11,766 bases of DNA from Oligoflexia bacterium (GTDB lineage: Bacteria > Bdellovibrionota > Bdellovibrionia > JABDDW01). Position 1 is the first letter of the stretch. Each line of letters begins with the position of its first letter. The stretch lies in the NCBI GenBank assembly GCA_043732305.1, contig JAYTHU010000145.1, positions 1-11,766 of the forward strand. Direction: 5' to 3'. Shown piece after piece: positions 5,872-11,766 of this stretch. The notes under the pieces were generated by a model. That model worked only from the letters and a program-made list of their open reading frames with translations. It made no database searches and was not told where the DNA came from. The position numbers and the translations under genes were made by a program.

Positions 5872-8800
5872 GTAAAATTGGATTTCCAAGTGGCGGGCGG
5901 CCAAGTCTGAGTCCTACGGCGGACGGAATAAATAGAGCCATCGAAACAAATGAATTGCCCGTGGAAATTGCGGGAACCACATCGTCCGCCTTTTTAGCAT
6001 GGACGCTTTCACAAAACCCATCCATCACTCGCCCCCAGCTGGTTGTCTGTCACTCAGAAAAATCTGCCGAGCGTTTTCGCGAGGACCTTTTATCTTTTAC
6101 ACCTACGGCCTCCGTTTGCATGTTCCGCGAATTTGATGAATCCCCGTACTCGGGACTTTATCCAGGAACAAATGTTTTTAATTCGCGCATGAAATTCTTA
6201 TGGAAAGCTCTTGGAGCGAAAAAAACCGACGTCTTTGTCACAAGCCTTGAAGCACTTTTACAGCGGACTTTACCAAAAGAATTATTTATTGACTCTACTC
6301 TGACTTTAAAGACTGGCGATGAAATCGACCTTGGCCTTCTAATGAAACAGCTTTCCGACAGCGGCTACTCTTCCGTACCGATCGTCGAAGATTATGGAAC
6401 ATTTTCGAGACGTGGAGATATTTTCGATGTCTATAGTCCCGTCTATGATCAGCCCGTGCGGATTGAGCTTTTTGGGGATCAAATTGAAAGCATCAGATTA
6501 TTCGATGAAAATACTCAGCTTTCAATTGAGACTCAGGACAAACTAACCGAGGTCGAACTTGTTCCCGCACGAGAACTTATTCCTAACTCAGAGAATCTTG
6601 AACGGGCGCTTGATAGAATAAAGCTTTTTTGCGATGAGAATGAAATTCGAAAAGAGACAAGAGAAAATCTCCTAGGCCCACTAAGACAGAAAATCCTTCC
6701 TCACGGTATAGATTTTTGGTTTTCTTATTTTTATGAAACAACTTCGAGTGCTTTAGATTATTTTGCGCAGAAGCCTCTCATCTATTTTTTAGACTCTCTA
6801 GAGATCACTCGAGCGGCCGATAATATGAGCCGCCAATTCAAAGAAGATTTTGAGGACGAAATAAAAAAAGGCGCACCATGTCCTCCGCCTTCGTCTATCT
6901 ATGATGATTTTGAAACAATTCGAAAAAACTCATCTCCTGAACTTGTTGATCTTCAAAATATTGAAATCCTCGAAGACGCACACGCTTTTAGAACTTTAAT
7001 CAAAACAAAAAATTACGATACTTCTGATTTTAGAACAGTGGTTCAGGCGACGCGCGAAGCGAAGAAAGACTTTCTCATTCCTGCAGTTGAAAAAATAGAA
7101 CAGTGGCGAAAAGACAATCTCTCATGTTTTCTTTTCGCGTCAACCCAAACTCAAGCTCAAAGAATTCAATATCTTTTAGAATCTCATGGGCTCGTCTCGA
7201 AGCTCACCGGCAATCAGGAAGCAAAATGGAACGACTGGGTTTCAGAACAAAAACATAATCCAAGACTCATACACGTTTTGCCAAGGCCACTTTCTGAAGG
7301 TTGCCGAATGGCAAGTGAAGGCGTTGTCTTTCTTCGTGATGAAGACCTTTTTGGAACTAAAATTAAAAAAGACCATCGGAAAACCAAGGGCACGCTAGAA
7401 CAGCGAACTAATGCTTTAAGTTTTGGCGATCTTAATCCTAATGATCTGATTGTTCACACGCAGCACGGAGTTGGAATTTACGAAGGTTTGAAAAAAATGA
7501 CCGTGCAAAATATTGATGCTGAATATATTCAGCTAAAATATAAAGACGGGGACAAACTTTACCTGCCTGTTTATCGTATTTCACAAATTCAAAAGTATTC
7601 TTCCCCAGGGGGATATGCCCAAGTTGATAAGCTTGGATCAACCTCGTGGCAAAAAGCCAAAATAAAAGTACGAAGCGAACTTAAAGATGTGGCGGCAGGA
7701 CTTTTAGAACTTTACGCCAAACGTGTAGCGGCTTCAGGATTTGCTTTTTCTCCGATCGACGATGATTTCCGCGAATTCGAAGCCACATTTCCATACGATG
7801 AAACACCCGATCAACTCAAGGCTATTCAAGATGTTATTGGAGACATGGAACAAGCACGACCGATGGATCGTCTCGTCTGTGGAGACGTGGGATTTGGTAA
7901 AACTGAAGTTGCCATTCGCGCCGCATTCAAATGTGTACAAGATAAAAAACAAGTGGCCGTTCTTGTTCCGACGACAGTTCTCGCATTTCAACATTTCAAC
8001 ACATTCACTAAACGACTTAAAGATTTTGCAGTGAACGTGGCCATCATCAGTCGTTTCAATACGGCAGCAGCAGTGAAAAAATCTTTACTCGCCCTCAAAG
8101 AGGGAAAAGTAGACATCATTATTGGTACTCATCGGCTGCTCTCAAAAGATGTGGTGTTTAAAGATCTTGGGCTTCTGGTAGTAGACGAAGAGCAAAAATT
8201 TGGAGTGACTCACAAAGAACGAATTAAAAAATTAAAATCTCAAGTGGATGTTCTTACTCTTAGTGCCACGCCTATTCCGCGAACTCTAAACATGGGCCTT
8301 ATGGGGGTGAGAGATCTTTCTCTCATCAACACACCCCCCGAAGATCGTTTGAGCATCCGCACATTTATTTCTAGATTCGATGAAGAAATTATTCGAAAAG
8401 CTATTATGGGTGAGATTGCTCGCGGTGGTCAGGTGTTTTTCATTCACAATCGCGTTCAATCAATAAATGATTTTGCCGCACGAATAAAAGCTCTTGTCCC
8501 TGAAGCACGAATCAGAATCGGTCACGGTCAAATGGCCGATGACGAGTTAGAAAAGACCATGCTTGATTTTTACAATCATGAATTTGATGTTTTGCTTTCA
8601 ACAACAATTATTGAATCAGGGCTAGATATTGCTTTGGCCAATACTTTGATCGTCGATCGAGCAGACACCTTCGGACTTTCTCAACTCTATCAATTGCGCG
8701 GCCGAGTTGGCCGAAGCAAGGAACGTGCTTATGCTTATCTTTTAATTCCATCAACTGGAGTAGTAGAAAAAGTAGCCGCCGAAAGACTAAAAATTCTCCA

Positions 8801-9416
8801 AGAACATTCTGAACTGGGAAGTGGTTTTCAAATCGCCCATCATGATTTGGAATTGCGTGGAAGCGGGAACCTCCTCGGCGAAGATCAGTCTGGCCATATA
8901 GCAGCCGTTGGATATGAGCTCTACATGGAACTCTTGGAGCAAACACTTCAAGAAGCTAAGGGTGAGTTTATTGAAGATGATCTTGAGCCCGACATCAATA
9001 TTCGAATTCCAGCTCTTATCCCTGATTCATACATTGAAGATATTCGTATCCGACTTTCTTACTATAAGGCCCTTACTGACATAGAAGATGAATCGGACTT
9101 GGACAGAATGGAATCAGAGCTTGTAGATAGATTTGGTCCACTTCCAGAGCAAGTGGCCAATCTTTTTGGACTCATGTTGATTAGAAGGGTCTGCAAAGAT
9201 TTAGGCGTTAAAGATATCACTACGGGACCGAAAAATCTTTCGTTGGTTTTCGCTCCGTCTACCAAGGTTAAACCAGAGGCAGTGATCAGACTTGCTATGA
9301 TCGATCAAAAGAAATATCAACTGACTCCTGATCAAAAACTAATTATTCGCTTTTCATCAGAGACATGGACTCCTATTTTGGAAGAGCTACGCCACTTGAA
9401 ATACACATTGCTATAG
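5868..9416 (+). CDS. mfd: Transcription-repair coupling factor, 1182 aa
   Basis: UvrB-homology region (GTFSRRGDIFDVY...RIELFGDQIESIR), RID/CarD-like region (LIVHTQHGVGIYEGL...LYLPV), Walker A CGDVGFGKT, DEEQKFG, SATPIPRT, QLRGRVGRS, TRG motif (HDLELRGSGNLLGEDQSGH) and C-terminal TRCF domain (ELVDRFGPLP). ATGA overlap with gpsA. Confidence 0.99.
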   Translation: MSKIGFPSGGRPSLSPTADGINRAIETNELPVEIAGTTSSAFLAWTLSQNPSITRPQLVVCHSEKSAERFREDLLSFTPTASVCMFREFDESPYSGLYPGTNVFNSRMKFLWKALGAKKTDVFVTSLEALLQRTLPKELFIDSTLTLKTGDEIDLGLLMKQLSDSGYSSVPIVEDYGTFSRRGDIFDVYSPVYDQPVRIELFGDQIESIRLFDENTQLSIETQDKLTEVELVPARELIPNSENLERALDRIKLFCDENEIRKETRENLLGPLRQKILPHGIDFWFSYFYETTSSALDYFAQKPLIYFLDSLEITRAADNMSRQFKEDFEDEIKKGAPCPPPSSIYDDFETIRKNSSPELVDLQNIEILEDAHAFRTLIKTKNYDTSDFRTVVQATREAKKDFLIPAVEKIEQWRKDNLSCFLFASTQTQAQRIQYLLESHGLVSKLTGNQEAKWNDWVSEQKHNPRLIHVLPRPLSEGCRMASEGVVFLRDEDLFGTKIKKDHRKTKGTLEQRTNALSFGDLNPNDLIVHTQHGVGIYEGLKKMTVQNIDAEYIQLKYKDGDKLYLPVYRISQIQKYSSPGGYAQVDKLGSTSWQKAKIKVRSELKDVAAGLLELYAKRVAASGFAFSPIDDDFREFEATFPYDETPDQLKAIQDVIGDMEQARPMDRLVCGDVGFGKTEVAIRAAFKCVQDKKQVAVLVPTTVLAFQHFNTFTKRLKDFAVNVAIISRFNTAAAVKKSLLALKEGKVDIIIGTHRLLSKDVVFKDLGLLVVDEEQKFGVTHKERIKKLKSQVDVLTLSATPIPRTLNMGLMGVRDLSLINTPPEDRLSIRTFISRFDEEIIRKAIMGEIARGGQVFFIHNRVQSINDFAARIKALVPEARIRIGHGQMADDELEKTMLDFYNHEFDVLLSTTIIESGLDIALANTLIVDRADTFGLSQLYQLRGRVGRSKERAYAYLLIPSTGVVEKVAAERLKILQEHSELGSGFQIAHHDLELRGSGNLLGEDQSGHIAAVGYELYMELLEQTLQEAKGEFIEDDLEPDINIRIPALIPDSYIEDIRIRLSYYKALTDIEDESDLDRMESELVDRFGPLPEQVANLFGLMLIRRVCKDLGVKDITTGPKNLSLVFAPSTKVKPEAVIRLAMIDQKKYQLTPDQKLIIRFSSETWTPILEELRHLKYTLL

Positions 9417-9421
9417 ATTTA

Positions 9422-9664
9422 TTATCTTTTCTTGAAACCATCAAATTCGACGTAAAAGCTATGAATGCCAAAACCAATAATTGCGGTACTGAGGCCTAAC
9501 AAAAATATTTTACTGAACAAATCGCGCTTATAAACTTCACTGCCCTGCGAGGTGGAAGTTGATAGTAGATAAAACCAGATGGGACCACTAAATAATAACA
9601 AAGGCCCTAAAGTTTTTTTGACAAGTACTTTGCACTCTGTCGCCGATATATTTTTATAAATCAT
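9422..9664 (-). CDS. Hypothetical small 2-TM membrane protein, 80 aa
   Basis: ATG preceded by RBS-like AAGGGGA. Two hydrophobic segments and a basic C-terminus. Fills the gap between mfd and the OMP gene without overlap. Confidence 0.6.
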   Translation of the reverse strand: MIYKNISATECKVLVKKTLGPLLLFSGPIWFYLLSTSTSQGSEVYKRDLFSKIFLLGLSTAIIGFGIHSFYVEFDGFKKR

Positions 9665-9732
9665 TAACTATTTCCCCTTAGCTATAAAATACCACGAGAT
9701 CTAACGAAAATTAACTCAAGTTTAAAAATAAA

Positions 9733-10554
9733 TTAGAATTCGAATTTCAAGCCGGCGGCTGCTTGAAGAGGAGACGAAAGATCAGGAACTCCTGTTCCTA
9801 CAGAGGGTTTTAAAAAACTACGCATCTCAACGAAGAAAAAGGTATTCTCCATTCCATATTCGTCGTAAGCAATATCGTGAGCGTCACTATCCAACCAATC
9901 TAACTGAAATGCTAATCCAATCGAATAGTACATCGCAAATGCTGAATTGCCGCTAGCTGAAGATCCGCTTCCACCATTTAACCCGGGAACTTTTTCCTTG
10001 TAGAATCCGGAATAAATTCCCCCCGAGGCGTAAGGGACGATAAATGGAGATTTAAAAATACTGTCCATCCAGTAAGTGAGTCCCAAAGTAATCGGGATGA
10101 TTTGCAAGGTAGCACTATCAGTGCTCGATGAAGCGTTGAAAAAACCACCAGTAAACTGCGGACCGATCGAACCTAAAACGAAATTGTATTTCATCGCAAT
10201 ATTTAATTCGATACTGCCACCACCCGAACCGTAATAACTGCTAAAGGACTGTGATTTATTAAACGAGGGAACATAGCTTGTCGGAACATAGCCAACATAC
10301 TGAAATCCAAAGAGCCATCCCACAGAATCACGTCGATCACGGTAAGGCACCTCGTGGTCTGTTACTAATTTGTAGTGCTTGTTTAGAACATGAGAGCGAG
10401 GTTTCTCTACTTCAACATTATCATTGGCTTCTAAGGCTGAAGCCTCAACTTGTCCCGCATCCATGGATTCGCTGTCTTGCGCCGCGAAGGATTTCGGCGC
10501 AAGCAGAAATAGAGGTAAACATACTAGGGTTATAAAAAAGATTTTGTTCTTCAC
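9733..10554 (-). CDS. Predicted outer-membrane beta-barrel protein, 273 aa (resembles the MXAN_2562-like family)
   Basis: Sec signal peptide (MKNKIFFITLVCLPLFLLAPKSFA|A), amphipathic Gly/aromatic-rich strands, and a C-terminal beta-signal AAAGLKFEF ending in Phe. The family resemblance ('LDWLD...YGMENTFFFVE') is from memory and needs an HMM check. Confidence 0.75.
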   Translation of the reverse strand: MKNKIFFITLVCLPLFLLAPKSFAAQDSESMDAGQVEASALEANDNVEVEKPRSHVLNKHYKLVTDHEVPYRDRRDSVGWLFGFQYVGYVPTSYVPSFNKSQSFSSYYGSGGGSIELNIAMKYNFVLGSIGPQFTGGFFNASSSTDSATLQIIPITLGLTYWMDSIFKSPFIVPYASGGIYSGFYKEKVPGLNGGSGSSASGNSAFAMYYSIGLAFQLDWLDSDAHDIAYDEYGMENTFFFVEMRSFLKPSVGTGVPDLSSPLQAAAGLKFEF

Positions 10555-10560
10555 ATTTAA

Positions 10561-10569
10561 ATTGTATCA
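10561..10569 (-). promoter_or_regulatory. Candidate extended -10 promoter (TGnTACAAT) of the OMP gene
   Basis: The minus strand reads TGATACAAT-TTAAAT-GTG. The -10 hexamer ends 6 nt before the start codon and no Shine-Dalgarno is present. Confidence 0.45.
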
Positions 10570-10643
10570 TCATTAGTGTCTAGATAAAAAGACGGGTTTT
10601 TTATCAGGACTTACGTCGGGGCAATTCAAGCATGTGAGGATAA

Positions 10644-10946
10644 ATGGGATTCAGATCTAACAATCCGTTTGAACAAGAACTAGTGAAGATGCTCACCACT
10701 ATTGAAAGACTTAAAAAAGACATCAATCAGCTGATGAACACATATAAAATATTACCGATTAAAGATAAAATTTTGATGATTCAGAAAATTCAGGTAGATT
10801 TTAAATCTATAAAATCCTTCATTCAGAAGGCAAAACAAGAAAAAAATATGAACACGGCAGTTGCTTTTAAACTCGACAATGTCAAAAACAAAACTATGTC
10901 CCTCATCAATCTCTGGCGCAAGGTCGAGTTTCTAGTCCAAACCTAA
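10644..10946 (+). CDS. Hypothetical Lys-rich alpha-helical soluble protein, 100 aa
   Basis: GAGGA just upstream of the ATG. Heptad-like amphipathic pattern. Occupies otherwise empty space between the OMP gene and atpC. Confidence 0.6.
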   Translation: MGFRSNNPFEQELVKMLTTIERLKKDINQLMNTYKILPIKDKILMIQKIQVDFKSIKSFIQKAKQEKNMNTAVAFKLDNVKNKTMSLINLWRKVEFLVQT

Positions 10947-10951
10947 TTCAA

Positions 10952-11368
10952 TTAATGAGTGGTGTTCTTATCTGCGACCTGAATACGCGTGATGGCACGT
11001 TCAAGTTTGAGCTGATACTTTGCAAAGTCTCTTTGTTCAGCGTCCGCTTTGCCTAATTCTTTTTCAGCATTAGTTTTGGCTTCTTGAGCGCGAGCGATAT
11101 CGATTTCGGTTGATGCTTCAGCAGTTTCCGCTAAAACAGTCACGCGATTTCCTGAGACTTCTAAATAGCCCCAGCTAATCGCGAAACTATGAACAGTCGT
11201 TTCTCCAGTTTTTTTAAAGCGCAGAATGCCCGTTTCCAAAGTGGACATGAGGGGCGCGTGCCCATCAAGAATTTCAATTTCGCCACGAACGGACGGAACA
11301 AAAACTTCATCCACTTCGACATCGGTCACTAACTTCTTCGCCGGCGTAACTAGAGATAAACTGAGCAT
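10952..11368 (-). CDS. atpC: ATP synthase F1 subunit epsilon, 138 aa
   Basis: LVTP, GEIEILDGHAPLMSTLETG, FAISWGYLEV, VTVLAETAE...EIDIARA and C-terminal helical hairpin LERAITRI. Directly follows atpD. Confidence 0.97.
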   Translation of the reverse strand: MLSLSLVTPAKKLVTDVEVDEVFVPSVRGEIEILDGHAPLMSTLETGILRFKKTGETTVHSFAISWGYLEVSGNRVTVLAETAEASTEIDIARAQEAKTNAEKELGKADAEQRDFAKYQLKLERAITRIQVADKNTTH

Positions 11369-11372
11369 TTAC

Positions 11373-11766
<394 letters not shown>

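Noticed and set aside
4905..9265. Short ORFs overlapping gpsA and mfd (4905..5144, 5106..5357, 5448..5741, 5810..6028, 7186..7398, 7438..7641, 7734..7994, 7741..8034, 8608..8946, 9062..9265)
   Set aside because: Shadows of well-conserved housekeeping genes with no independent support.

Overview
AT-rich bacterial chromosomal window covering a bioenergetics locus. The gene styles suggest a deltaproteobacteria-like or Bdellovibrionota organism, which is my inference. At the right end lie the 3' end of the F1 ATP synthase operon (partial atpD, then atpC; minus strand), two small orphan ORFs and a predicted outer-membrane beta-barrel. The centre holds a coupled gpsA-mfd pair on the plus strand. 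On the left, a minus-strand operon diverges from gpsA. It starts with six intact, translationally coupled, highly divergent paralogues of complex I membrane-arm subunits, in the order nuoA'-nuoH'-nuoJ'-nuoK'-nuoL/M'-nuoN'. These run directly (3-nt gap) into a canonical nuoA and then the 5' end of a canonical nuoH, with no nuoB-G in between. By my visual alignment, the divergent set keeps the membrane scaffold. However, it has lost nearly all conserved proton-pumping and quinone-site residues: NuoA YECG and DxE, the NuoH GPNRVG and acidic loops, both NuoK Glu, and the NuoN TM5 Glu and TM7/TM8 Lys. This apparent 'pseudo-pump' membrane arm, co-transcribed with the canonical one, is the main candidate for an undescribed system. 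I saw no RNA genes, CRISPR arrays or mobile elements.
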